NCBI GenBank assembly: GCA_963736835.1
Contig: CAVTQI010000004.1
Coordinates: 27,706 to 91,705, forward strand
From: an uncultured Actinomycetes bacterium
GTDB lineage: Bacteria; Actinomycetota; Thermoleophilia; Gaiellales; Gaiellaceae
Length of the DNA: 64,000 bases
Direction of reading: 5' to 3'
This document shows, piece by piece, positions 18,802 to 28,117 of the stretch. A model generated the notes under the pieces. That model ran no database searches. It saw only the letters and a list, made by a program, of their open reading frames with translations, and was not told where the DNA came from. The number at the start of each line of letters is the position of its first letter. Within the stretch, counting starts at the first letter, position 1. A program made the translations under genes and the position numbers.

Positions 18802-19333
18802 GCTTGAAGGCGAGGATCAGCTCGGTGATGCCGCGGCTGAGCGCGATGATGCCCACGTAGGCGACCAGCAGGATCACCTTGTTCTTGAAGGAGCCTGCGA
18901 TCCAGAAGGCGAGCAGGATCTCGATGACCCCGACCACGAGCTGGAGCCACCAGAGCTCGAACGCCCCTCTCGCGATGAACGCCGCCATCAGGTCGAAGAT
19001 CCCCTTGAAGAGCAGGAAGAATCCCATCAGCCCCGCGAGCGTGGCGAACGCGTTGTGCGGGTGGACGAGCGCCCAGATGCCGGCCAGGACGAACAGCACG
19101 CCCAGGATCACGTGCACGATCTTCCAGCCGGAGCTGGAGACGCCCAGCGAGAGGAACTCGTTCACGCCCGCAAAGATCGCGATGAACCCGAAGAGGAACG
19201 AGACCGCGTAGACCGTCGTGTAGTTCCACTGGAAGATGATCAGCGCGACGATCAGCCACGTGATGCCGGTCAGCAGGAAGAGCCACCAGCGATCTGCGGC
19301 GTCTTCGACCAGGTCTCGCTCTTCGAGCATCAT
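18767..19333 (-). CDS. HdeD/DUF308-family membrane protein
   Basis: RWWLFLLTGITWLIVALIIFQW..FGFIAIFAGVNEF. Start taken at MMLEER (19333). Confidence 0.75.
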   Translation of the reverse strand: MMLEERDLVEDAADRWWLFLLTGITWLIVALIIFQWNYTTVYAVSFLFGFIAIFAGVNEFLSLGVSSSGWKIVHVILGVLFVLAGIWALVHPHNAFATLAGLMGFFLLFKGIFDLMAAFIARGAFELWWLQLVVGVIEILLAFWIAGSFKNKVILLVAYVGIIALSRGITELILAFKLKGLRRRVAVA

Positions 19334-19391
19334 CGGTCCTTGATTTCGCCCGCGACGCCTGACTCCTTCCGGAATGGGAAGATCACCGGAC

Positions 19392-20345
19392 ATGGCCGAG
19401 ATCGGGAAGACCGCGTTCGGCTCGACGGGGATGGAGATCACGCGTGTCGGCTTCGGCGCCTGGGCAGTCGGGGGCGGCGGCTTCGAGTGGAGCTGGGGCG
19501 CTCAGGAGGACGAGGACTCGATCGCGGCCATCCGTCGCGCGCTCGAACTCGGGGTGAACTGGATCGACACCGCGGCCCAGTACGGCTTCGGGCACTCGGA
19601 AGAGGTCGTGGGGCGCGCGATCGCGGGCCTCGACGAGCGGCCGTATATCTTCACCAAGGGCGGCCAGCCGGAGGGACCGGGCGGCGCGACGCTCCACGAC
19701 CTGACGCGAGACGGGCTCAGGCGCGAGCTCGAGGGAAGCCTCACCCGGCTCGGCCTCGACGCCGTCGACCTCTACCAGATCCACTGGCCGATTCCCGACG
19801 AGCAGATCGAGGAGGGCTGGGCCGCGCTCGTCGAGCTCCGCGACGAGGGGCTCACCCGCCACGTCGGGGTCTCGAACTTCTCGGTCTCGCAGCTCCGGCG
19901 CGCCCAGGCCATCGGGCCGGTCGAGACGCTGCAGCCGCCGTACTCGCTGGTCGACCGCGAGGCCGAAGAGGAGATCCTTCCGTTCGCCGAGCAGGCGGGG
20001 ATCGGAGTGATCGTCTACTCGCCGATGGGCTCCGGGCTGCTGACCGGCAAGATGACCCGTGAGCGGATCGAGTCGCTGCCCGACGACGACTGGCGCAAGC
20101 GGAGCCCCGAGTTTCGCGAGCCGCGGCTCTCGAAGCACCTGAGCCTCGTCGAGCGCCTGCAGGCCGTGGCCGAGCGCCACGGCGTGACTCCCGGCGCCGC
20201 CGCGGTCGCCTGGACGCTCCGCAATCCGGCTGTGGACGCGGCCATCGTCGGTTTCCGCCGGCCCGACCAGGTCGATCCGATCGTCCTCGCTGCCGACCTC
20301 GAGCTCAGCGAGGATGACGTGACGGAGATCGAGTCGTCAGCGTGA
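19392..20345 (+). CDS. aldo/keto reductase
   Basis: ITRVGFGAWAVGG..NWIDTAAQYGFGHSEEVVG..DLYQIHWP..VSNFSV. Confidence 0.9.
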   Translation: MAEIGKTAFGSTGMEITRVGFGAWAVGGGGFEWSWGAQEDEDSIAAIRRALELGVNWIDTAAQYGFGHSEEVVGRAIAGLDERPYIFTKGGQPEGPGGATLHDLTRDGLRRELEGSLTRLGLDAVDLYQIHWPIPDEQIEEGWAALVELRDEGLTRHVGVSNFSVSQLRRAQAIGPVETLQPPYSLVDREAEEEILPFAEQAGIGVIVYSPMGSGLLTGKMTRERIESLPDDDWRKRSPEFREPRLSKHLSLVERLQAVAERHGVTPGAAAVAWTLRNPAVDAAIVGFRRPDQVDPIVLAADLELSEDDVTEIESSA

Positions 20346-20987
20346 GAGCACGGCCCTGAGCAGGTCCGGGCGCGTGACCGGCCAGATGTGCCCGTCGGGC
20401 GCGTCGAGCTCACCGTATTCCGCGCCGATCAGTGCGGCGAGCTCGCGGCAGTGCGAGGTCGGGGTCATGGTGTCCGTCGTGCAGGCCACGACTGTGGAGG
20501 CAACCGCATTCGCCGGAAACTGCTCGAGCTCGGGCCGAAGGTCGAGCTGGTGAACGAAGCGGCCGAGTCGCAGGGCGCTCCGGGGCGCGAGCCCGACCCG
20601 GACGACGGACCGCCCCACCTGGGAGAACGGGAAGCGGCCGGTGGCGACCTGGCGCACCCAGGTGACAAGGCTCGACGGGATCGGCTTCGTGAGCGGCAGG
20701 CCCGCAGGCGAGAGGAGGATCAACCGCTCGACCAGGTCGGGCCGGTCGACCGCCGCGAGCAGTGCGAGCGCGGCACCCATCGAGTGACCTGCCAGCGCAA
20801 CCGGCCGACGGCGTTCGATCTCCTCGACGAGCCAGGCCCGGTACGCGGGCAATTCGCCGCGGGTCTTCCTGAAGGACGGCAGCTCGAGCGCGTGCCACTC
20901 CTCCGGCAGCCCGGGAGCGTAGAGGCGCGCCGGCGCACCCCAGCCGGGTATGAAGAGAGATCGCTCGGGCACCGATGAGTTCGCCAC
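20337..20987 (-). CDS. alpha/beta hydrolase
   Basis: Nucleophile elbow ALAGHSMGAALAL, C-terminal DGHIWP. Confidence 0.75.
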   Translation of the reverse strand: MANSSVPERSLFIPGWGAPARLYAPGLPEEWHALELPSFRKTRGELPAYRAWLVEEIERRRPVALAGHSMGAALALLAAVDRPDLVERLILLSPAGLPLTKPIPSSLVTWVRQVATGRFPFSQVGRSVVRVGLAPRSALRLGRFVHQLDLRPELEQFPANAVASTVVACTTDTMTPTSHCRELAALIGAEYGELDAPDGHIWPVTRPDLLRAVLSR

Positions 20988-21031
20988 TCGACGTTGGTCC
21001 TAGCTGAGACCCCACAGGAAGGAGAGCAAAG

Positions 21032-21601
21032 ATGGGCAAGCTGGTCGTCACCGAGTTCGTTTCCCTCGACGGAGTCTTCGAGGATCCAGGTGGTTCCGAG
21101 AGCTACGAGCACGGCGGTTGGACCTTCGAGTACGACCGCGGCGACGAGGGCAACCAGTTCAAGCTCGACGAGCTCATGAACGCGGACGTGCAGCTCCTCG
21201 GCCGCGTCACCTACGAGGGCTTCGCCGCCGCCTGGCCGTCCCGCGAGGGCCCGTTCGCGGACAAGCTGAACAACGACCCGAAAGTCGTCGTCTCGACGAC
21301 GATCACCGACCCGCAATGGCAGAACACGACCGTCGTCTCGGAGAACGTCCCCGAGGAGATCTCGAAGCTGAAGGACGAGACGGACGGCTCGATCCTCGTC
21401 GCCGGAAGCGGAACCCTGGTCGCGACACTCCTCCAGGCAGACCTCGTCGACGAGCTGCGCCTGATGGTCTTCCCGACGATCCTCGGCCGCGGCAGGCGGG
21501 CATTCCCGGACGACATCGATCGGCTGAAGTTCAGCCTCACCGAGAGCAGGACGGTCGGCCCGGACGGCGTCCAGGTCCAGGTGTACGAGAGAGCGAGGTA
21601 G
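21032..21601 (+). CDS. dihydrofolate-reductase-like (RibD C-terminal domain) family protein
   Basis: LVVTEFVSLDGVFEDPGG..LLGRVTYEGF..DLVDELRLMVFPTILGRGRRAF. Confidence 0.85.
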   Translation: MGKLVVTEFVSLDGVFEDPGGSESYEHGGWTFEYDRGDEGNQFKLDELMNADVQLLGRVTYEGFAAAWPSREGPFADKLNNDPKVVVSTTITDPQWQNTTVVSENVPEEISKLKDETDGSILVAGSGTLVATLLQADLVDELRLMVFPTILGRGRRAFPDDIDRLKFSLTESRTVGPDGVQVQVYERAR

Positions 21602-21636
21602 GGAACACCCTCGGGACACAACTGCAAGGAGGGGTC

Positions 21637-21780
21637 ATGGACCGCGACAAGGTCGAAGGCACGCTGAAGGAGAAGGAAGGCGAGATCACGGGCGACGAGG
21701 CCCGCGAGAAGCAGGGCGAGGCTCAGAAGACGTGGGGCGAGGCCAAGGAAAAGGTCGACGACCTCACGGACGACGACTAG
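21637..21780 (+). CDS. CsbD-family stress protein
   Basis: 47 aa, KVEGTLKEKEGEITGDEAREKQGEAQKTWGEAKEKV. RBS AAGGAGGGG 6 nt upstream. Confidence 0.75.
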   Translation: MDRDKVEGTLKEKEGEITGDEAREKQGEAQKTWGEAKEKVDDLTDDD

Positions 21781-22304
21781 CGAACAACTGAGTACTTCGC
21801 GGCGGTGAAGTCCCCGTTGCGCCCAACCTCTTCGAGCTGGAGCTCGAGGCGGCGCGGGAGCAGCGGGGCGCCGCCGCCGAGCGTCACAGGCGCGATCGAC
21901 ACGATCACCTCGTCCAGCAGGCCCGCGTCTGCGAACTGACCTGCGAGGTCGCCGCCGCCGACCACCCAGATGTTTCGGTCGCCCGCCGCGATCGCCATCT
22001 GCTCGTGGACGGGCCGGACGTCGCCCTGTACGAACGTGACCCGCGCGGCGGAAACGATCGGCAACTCGCGGTGCGTGAAGACCCAACATGGCAGCTCGTA
22101 CGGCCACTTCGACCCCTCGTGATCGAGGATCCACTCGTAGGTAGTCGCGCCCATCGCCAACGCTCCGACCTGCGCGATGAACGCTGCGTAGCTCTGAGGC
22201 CCGTCTTCGTCTTGCGCCCGCGTGAAGAGCCAGTCCAGCGAGTTGTTCGGATCGGCGATGAACCCGTCGAGCGTGGTCGCCGTGAAGTACTGGGTCAGGC
22301 CCAC
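21777..22304 (-). CDS. dihydrofolate-reductase-like (RibD C-terminal domain) family protein
   Basis: GTG 22304: VGLTQYFTATTLDGFIADP..AMGATTYEW..LLDEVIVSIAPVTLGGGAPLL. The upstream part of the ORF-track ORF is noise. Confidence 0.8.
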   Translation of the reverse strand: MGLTQYFTATTLDGFIADPNNSLDWLFTRAQDEDGPQSYAAFIAQVGALAMGATTYEWILDHEGSKWPYELPCWVFTHRELPIVSAARVTFVQGDVRPVHEQMAIAAGDRNIWVVGGGDLAGQFADAGLLDEVIVSIAPVTLGGGAPLLPRRLELQLEEVGRNGDFTAAKYSVVR

Positions 22305-22371
22305 GGCGCCATCGTAGGGACGGCTGGCCCTGCACGAGTACCGGACGGGCCTCTTCGCATAGGCTCGGCGC

Positions 22372-25300
22372 GTGACTCTGGCGTGCCCCTCGTGCGGCGC
22401 CCCGTACGCGCCCGACGACCGCTTCTGCAGCTCGTGCGGAGCGTCGCTGCGCGTGACGTGCCCCTCATGCGGCTCGGAGCAGTCCGTGGCCGCGGCCTTC
22501 TGCTCGGCCTGCGGAACGCAGCTGGCACAGGAGCCGGAGGCCGTCGAGGACCGCCAGGAGCGCCGAGTCGTGACCGTCCTCTTCGCCGACCTCGCGGGCT
22601 CGACCGCGCTCGGCGAGCGGCTCGACCCCGAGGACGTGCGCGAGCTCCAGGGCGAGCTCTTCGACCTGATCAACACCGAGGTCGAGCGCTACGGCGGCAC
22701 GACGGAGAAGTTCGCCGGCGACGCGGTTCTTGCCGTCTTCGGAATCCCGCAGGCGCACGAGGACGACGCCGAGCGCGCGGTTCGTACCGCACTGGCCGTC
22801 CGCGACGCATTCGGGCCGTTCACCGAGCGCGTGCTCGATCGCCACGACGCCGAGGTCGGGCTCCGGATCGGCGTCAACACGGGCGAGGTCGTCTCGGGAC
22901 GCGAGGCGGCCGCACGCGGCGAGCTGATGGTGAGCGGGGACGCCGTCAACGTGGCCGCGCGCCTGCAGCAGCATGCCCAGCCGGGTGAGGTCCTCGTCGG
23001 GCAGCGGACCCAGGCCGCTACAAGCCGGGTCGTCTCCTATCGCGAGCGCGAGGCGCTCGACGCAAAGGGCAAGAGCGAGCCGGTACGGGCGTGGGTGGCC
23101 GAGGCCGCCGCGGCCGAGCAGGAGGCGCCGCCGCGTGGAATGGCCGGCCTGACAGCTCCGTTGGTCGGCCGGGACGAGGAGCTCGCGATCCTGACCGCCG
23201 TCGCCGGGCGGGTCGAACGCGAGCGCACGCCGCAGCTCGCGACCCTCTTCGGCGCAGCAGGGGTCGGCAAGTCACGCCTGCTCGCCGAGCTGGTCGACCG
23301 CCTTCCGGACGCGCGTGTCATCCGCGGGCGCTGCCTGCCCTACGGCGAAGGAGTCACGTTCTGGCCCCTGGCCGAGGCGGCTAAGGCGCACGCAGGCATC
23401 CTCGACAACGATCCGGCGGAGGTCGCGCTCGCCAAGCTGCAGGCCGCGATCGAATCGGTCGTCCCGGAGGGCCAGACCGAGCGCGTGGTCGAGGCAGCGG
23501 CCTGGACGATCGGGCTCGGCTCGTCGCCCGGCACGGACCCGCTCGAGGTGGTGCGGCGCCTGAACGACGGCTGGGCCCGCTACGTCGGCGGCCTGGGCCG
23601 CGAGCAGCTCACGGTGTTCGCCGTCGAGGACGTGCACTGGGCTTCGAGCGCCCTCCTCGACTTGCTCGAGCAGCTCGCGGACAACCTCGCAGACACGCGC
23701 GTGCTGCTCGTCTGTACGGCCCGGCTCGAGCTGCTCGAGAACCGCCCCACCTGGGGAGCGGGCAAGCAGAACGCGAGCGCCCTCACGCTGGCCCCGCTCT
23801 CGGCCGGCGAAGCGACCGAGCTGATCTCGTCGCTCCTCGGCGAGGGCCAGGTGCCGCCGGACGTCCGCAAGCGTGTGCTGGCGAGCGCCGAGGGCAATCC
23901 GTTCTACCTCGAGGAGATGTTGACCATGCTGATCGAAGAGGGCGCCCTCGAGCGGCAGAACGGAGGCTGGAGCTCGACCTCGCGGCTTGCGGACGTCTCG
24001 ATCCCGGACTCCGTGCACGGCGTGATCGCCGCGCGCATCGACCTCCTCGACGAGGACGCACGCGAGGGTCTACGGCGGTGCTCGGTCGTCGGCCGCGTGT
24101 TCTGGCCCTCGGCCGTCGGGGTCGACGAGGACGTGATCGCCTCACTCGTCCGCAGCGGCCTGGTCACAGACCGCCTGGACTCGGTCGTCGCCGGAATGCG
24201 CGAGTTCTCCTTCAAGCACGCGCTCACCCGCGACGTCGCGTACGCCAGCCTCCCCCGCCCCGAGCGGCGCGAGCTTCACCGCCGCGTCGGCGAGTGGGTG
24301 CAGGAGGTCGCGCCGGACCGAAGCGGTGAGACCGTCGAGCTAGCCGCGTACCACTTCGGCCAGGCGCTCGCGTACGGCGAAGACGATCCCGCCGTCTCGA
24401 AGCGCGCGTTCGAGCTGCTGTACGCCGCGAGCGTCTCCGCCTATGGACGCGGGGCCTTCGCGGCCGCGCGCACCCGCCTCGAGAACGCGTCGGAGCTCGC
24501 GGTCGATGGTCCCGATCGGGCGCTCGTCGAGATCGCGCTCGCCCGGCTGGACATGACCGAAGCCGCGCTGGAGCGGGTCTTCGAGCACCTCGACGCCGCC
24601 GAGGCCAGGCTCGGCCCCGACGACGCCCAGCTGCGCTCGGACGCGCTCGGGGTGCGCTCGCGAGTCTCCTGGCTCTCCGGCCGCTGGGACGAGGCGCTCA
24701 GGTCCGCGACGGAGGCCGTGAGCGCGCTCGAAGGGCTGCCCGAGTCGCCGCAGCTGGCCCGCGCGCTCGCGCGTCTCTCCCAGATCCAGATGCTGAAGCA
24801 GCAGCCGCTGTCGATCGGGACCGCGGAGCGGGCGATCGACGTCGCGCGCCGGGTCGGCGACCCGTTCGCCGAGGTGAACGCCCGCATCAACATCTTCACG
24901 CAGCGCTCTGCCGCCGGGGTGGCGCCCGACCCCGACGACGTGCTCTCGATCATCGACTCGGCGGTCGAGGCCGGTGAGTACGAGGAGGGGTACCGGGCGA
25001 TCGTGAACCTGATCTGGTCGAGCACGGGCTACCTGCCCGTGGAGCGCATCGAGGAGCTCGTCGCCGAGGCGCGAGCGCGGCTCGCGGACGTTCCGGCTCC
25101 GAGGTCGATCGGCCCCTACCTCGACGTCTCGGTCGTGATGGCGCTGCTGGTGCCCACCGCACGCTGGGACGAAGCCGACACCGAGCTCGACCGGCTGCGA
25201 GGCTACGAGCCGAGCGCGGCGATGCTACTGGTCTTCCTGGGTGTGGAAGGCGGGCTCGCGGCGCGCCGCGGCCTGGAGGCCGGAGAATTCCTGGACGCGC

Positions 25301-25809
25301 TGCGCCCGCTCGCTCTGGAGAGCGGCGAGCCCCAGCGCATCATTCCGATGGCGTCCGTGGTCGCGCCCTGGCTCGCGGTGACGGGCGATCGCAAGGCGCT
25401 TCGCTCCCTGATGGACCAGGTCCTCACAGCGCTCGACGCAGGTTGGCCGAGCACGCTCGACAGCGTTCCGATCGTGCGCGCACTGGGCGCGGCCGGCGAG
25501 ATCGACCTGCTCGGGCGGACGACCGAGTCGATGCGCAGGTCGAGCGAGGTCGCTGCGAAGACGCAGACCTCCCTGCTAGCAGGCGACGGGCTGCTCGCGC
25601 TCGACGCCGGCCGAGCGGAGGACGCGGTCCGGCTCCTGACTCAGGCCGTCGAACGCGAGGGGAGCCTCGGCCTCACATACGACGCGGCGTGCCTCGAGCT
25701 CGACCTGGCGCGCGCGTTCGAAGCGGCCGGCGACGAGGCGGCCGCGCACCAGACGCGGGCGCGCGCCAACGCGGTCCTTCAGCCGCTCGGCGTCGTCAAC
25801 GCGTTCTAG
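22372..25809 (+). CDS. double zinc-ribbon / class III cyclase / STAND P-loop ATPase / TPR protein
   Basis: CPSCGAPY..CSSCG and CPSCGSE..CSACG. VVTVLFADLAGST..KFAGDAVLAVFG..RIGVNTGEVV..GDAVNVAARL. Walker A FGAAGVGKSRL. About 600-aa helical repeat C-terminus. No LuxR HTH at the end. Confidence 0.85.
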   Translation: MTLACPSCGAPYAPDDRFCSSCGASLRVTCPSCGSEQSVAAAFCSACGTQLAQEPEAVEDRQERRVVTVLFADLAGSTALGERLDPEDVRELQGELFDLINTEVERYGGTTEKFAGDAVLAVFGIPQAHEDDAERAVRTALAVRDAFGPFTERVLDRHDAEVGLRIGVNTGEVVSGREAAARGELMVSGDAVNVAARLQQHAQPGEVLVGQRTQAATSRVVSYREREALDAKGKSEPVRAWVAEAAAAEQEAPPRGMAGLTAPLVGRDEELAILTAVAGRVERERTPQLATLFGAAGVGKSRLLAELVDRLPDARVIRGRCLPYGEGVTFWPLAEAAKAHAGILDNDPAEVALAKLQAAIESVVPEGQTERVVEAAAWTIGLGSSPGTDPLEVVRRLNDGWARYVGGLGREQLTVFAVEDVHWASSALLDLLEQLADNLADTRVLLVCTARLELLENRPTWGAGKQNASALTLAPLSAGEATELISSLLGEGQVPPDVRKRVLASAEGNPFYLEEMLTMLIEEGALERQNGGWSSTSRLADVSIPDSVHGVIAARIDLLDEDAREGLRRCSVVGRVFWPSAVGVDEDVIASLVRSGLVTDRLDSVVAGMREFSFKHALTRDVAYASLPRPERRELHRRVGEWVQEVAPDRSGETVELAAYHFGQALAYGEDDPAVSKRAFELLYAASVSAYGRGAFAAARTRLENASELAVDGPDRALVEIALARLDMTEAALERVFEHLDAAEARLGPDDAQLRSDALGVRSRVSWLSGRWDEALRSATEAVSALEGLPESPQLARALARLSQIQMLKQQPLSIGTAERAIDVARRVGDPFAEVNARINIFTQRSAAGVAPDPDDVLSIIDSAVEAGEYEEGYRAIVNLIWSSTGYLPVERIEELVAEARARLADVPAPRSIGPYLDVSVVMALLVPTARWDEADTELDRLRGYEPSAAMLLVFLGVEGGLAARRGLEAGEFLDALRPLALESGEPQRIIPMASVVAPWLAVTGDRKALRSLMDQVLTALDAGWPSTLDSVPIVRALGAAGEIDLLGRTTESMRRSSEVAAKTQTSLLAGDGLLALDAGRAEDAVRLLTQAVEREGSLGLTYDAACLELDLARAFEAAGDEAAAHQTRARANAVLQPLGVVNAF

Positions 25810-27086
25810 TTGCTGTTGTTGACGGTCAGCGACGGCGTGAGGTACCCGACCGGCCGGTCGACGTAGACGATTCCGCCCGAAGCCGGGATCCACGCGCGCT
25901 CGAACTGCTCGCGGTCATAGACATGCCGAACATCGGCGTTCGTCGGCGATGCCGGGTCGTAGGCGATCACGTCGCCGTCGGCCGTGAAGCCTCCGATCAC
26001 CATCAGATGCCCGTTCGTGCTCTTGATGCCGCCGTCGAGCTTGTTCGAGTTCCACGCCACCGAGGCGACGAGCGGGATGCCGGCCCTGATGAACGGCTCG
26101 GCCTCACGAAGGTTGTGCAGCTGCGTCACATCGGAGACGAGCCCGCGCTCCGCAGCGTAGGCGGTGTTGAACGGCCAGTTGCCCGCGCCCTGGTAGTGGT
26201 AGTCATAGACGTAACGGGCCGTGTAGTCGACCTCCGGATCCGCGAAGCCGACCCAGCCGAGGTCCGTCGGGATGTACGGCGAGCCCCAGTAGTGCACGAC
26301 CATCGCACTCGAGGTCGGGCTGCACCACGCCTCGCCGCCGTTGTCGAACTCCGGGTACTCGCCGTGATGCGTCTCCTGCGAGAACATCGGCAGGTCGAGG
26401 TCGATGTCGTCCACGCCGTTCATGTCCGTCTGGCTCGGGAAGTTCGAGTTCTGGTTCGTCAGCTTGGAGGCGACCGCGCTGTAGCGGCTGACCGACACGG
26501 GGGCCTCGTCCGCGGTCAGCTCGGCGCGCCGGAAGAGCGTCAGCCGGAGCTGGTACGCGACCGCGGGGTGGTCCTTCGTGAAGAGGGTGTCGATCGCGAC
26601 GTAGCCGTCTGCGTCGCCCTGCCCGCCGACCGAGGTCCGGTGGAAGTCATCGTCGCTGTACGTCCAGAGGCCGAGGGTGTACCACTTCGCCCAGTGGCCG
26701 TTGTCCAGCCGAGGCCGGACCTCGGACTGGATGAAGGTACCGGGGGAGGTCTTCGAGTTCCAGGACGAGACGAGCTCGTTGAACGCGAACGTGTTGAGCG
26801 TGTAGATCGGCGACGTCCAGGTCCCGTACACGTACGACCCCGAGCCGTCGACATGCTCGCCGAGGATCGTGACCGCTGAGTACGGATCCGTGTAATCGGT
26901 CTGCGGAAGGTCGCTCGACGCGAGCGTCAGCGTGCCGTTGTCGTTGACGAGGTGCTCCGGCGTCCCGGTCGCGAAGTCGACGGTCCTGAAGTTGATCGGG
27001 TACTGCTGCACTGCTGAAGCAGGGGGTGCGGCGAAGAGCAGGAGGCCTGCTGCGACTCCGAGGATCAAGGTGGCGCGCCGAGGCAC
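25806..27086 (-). CDS. secreted peptidase C39-like (Peptidase_C39_2-type) protein with large N-terminal beta-rich domain
   Basis: Signal peptide LILGVAAGLLLFAAPPASA. Catalytic-type GEAWCSPTSSAMVVHYWG and GHLMVIGGF..AYDP in the C-terminal 170 aa. Confidence 0.7.
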   Translation of the reverse strand: MPRRATLILGVAAGLLLFAAPPASAVQQYPINFRTVDFATGTPEHLVNDNGTLTLASSDLPQTDYTDPYSAVTILGEHVDGSGSYVYGTWTSPIYTLNTFAFNELVSSWNSKTSPGTFIQSEVRPRLDNGHWAKWYTLGLWTYSDDDFHRTSVGGQGDADGYVAIDTLFTKDHPAVAYQLRLTLFRRAELTADEAPVSVSRYSAVASKLTNQNSNFPSQTDMNGVDDIDLDLPMFSQETHHGEYPEFDNGGEAWCSPTSSAMVVHYWGSPYIPTDLGWVGFADPEVDYTARYVYDYHYQGAGNWPFNTAYAAERGLVSDVTQLHNLREAEPFIRAGIPLVASVAWNSNKLDGGIKSTNGHLMVIGGFTADGDVIAYDPASPTNADVRHVYDREQFERAWIPASGGIVYVDRPVGYLTPSLTVNNSN

Positions 27087-27202
27087 CGGGCGATCGTAAC
27101 GCAGTCGTTCGAAAGTTCATAGAGGGGTATTTGCAACTCGGCATACGAGCGGGCCGGCCGGCGTTTCTCACAGAAGGACGCCTGCGCGCGTTAGTACTCA
27201 CA

Positions 27203-28117
27203 GTGGCCACCGTCGAGACGACAGTTCCTGTTCCGGCCGAGCGAGAACGGCTGCTTGCGCTTGGCGCAGGTCTCGTTACGGTCACGCTCTGGGCCTCGGC
27301 GTTCGTCGGCATCAGGTCGGCCTCGCACCACCTCTCTCCGGGAGCGCTGGCTTTCGGCCGGCTCTCGATCGCGAGCCTCGTGCTCGGGCTGATCGTCCTG
27401 TATCGGCAGGAGCCTCTCCCTTCGCGGCGCGACCTGGCGACGATCGCGCTCGTCGGTGTGTTCTGGTTCGGGCTCTACAACATCGCGCTCAACGAGGCCG
27501 AGCGCCGGGTCGACGCCGGGACCGCGGCGATGCTCGTCAACATCGGGCCGATCCTGATCGCAGTTCTCGCCGGATTCGTGTTGCACGAGGGCTTTCCACG
27601 GAGGCTGTTCGCCGGGTTGGCCGTGGCCCTTGCGGGCGTGGTCGTGATCGCGAGCGCGACCTCGGAGAACGGGCTCGCGGCGAGCTGGGGCGCGGTGCTG
27701 TGCGTGGTCGCGGCGATCTTCTACGCGGTCGGCGTCGTCGCCCAGAAACCCGTGCTGGCACGCGTGTCGGCGCTGCAGGTGACCTGGCTCGCGTGCACGT
27801 TCGGCGCAGTCGTATGCCTGCCCTTTGCCGTCTCGCTCGGCCACGAGCTCTCGGACGCGCCCGCGTCGTCGATCGGCTGGATGGTCTACCTCGCGATCGC
27901 GCCGATGGCGATCGGCTTCCTGACCTGGGGCTACGCGCTCGCGCGGACGACCGCGGGCCGAATGGGCTCGATGACGTACCTCGTGCCGCCGATCGCGGTC
28001 CTGCTCGGCTGGCTCATCCTCGCCGAGTCACCGCCCACGCTCGCTCTCGCCGGCGGGGCGATGTGCCTGGTCGGCGTCTTCATCGCCCAGCGGCGCGGCG
28101 CCCGACGACCAGGCTGA
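27203..28117 (+). CDS. EamA/DMT-family transporter
   Basis: 10 TM, VTLWASAFVGIR, GFLTWGYALAR. GTG 27203. Confidence 0.85.
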   Translation: MATVETTVPVPAERERLLALGAGLVTVTLWASAFVGIRSASHHLSPGALAFGRLSIASLVLGLIVLYRQEPLPSRRDLATIALVGVFWFGLYNIALNEAERRVDAGTAAMLVNIGPILIAVLAGFVLHEGFPRRLFAGLAVALAGVVVIASATSENGLAASWGAVLCVVAAIFYAVGVVAQKPVLARVSALQVTWLACTFGAVVCLPFAVSLGHELSDAPASSIGWMVYLAIAPMAIGFLTWGYALARTTAGRMGSMTYLVPPIAVLLGWLILAESPPTLALAGGAMCLVGVFIAQRRGARRPG

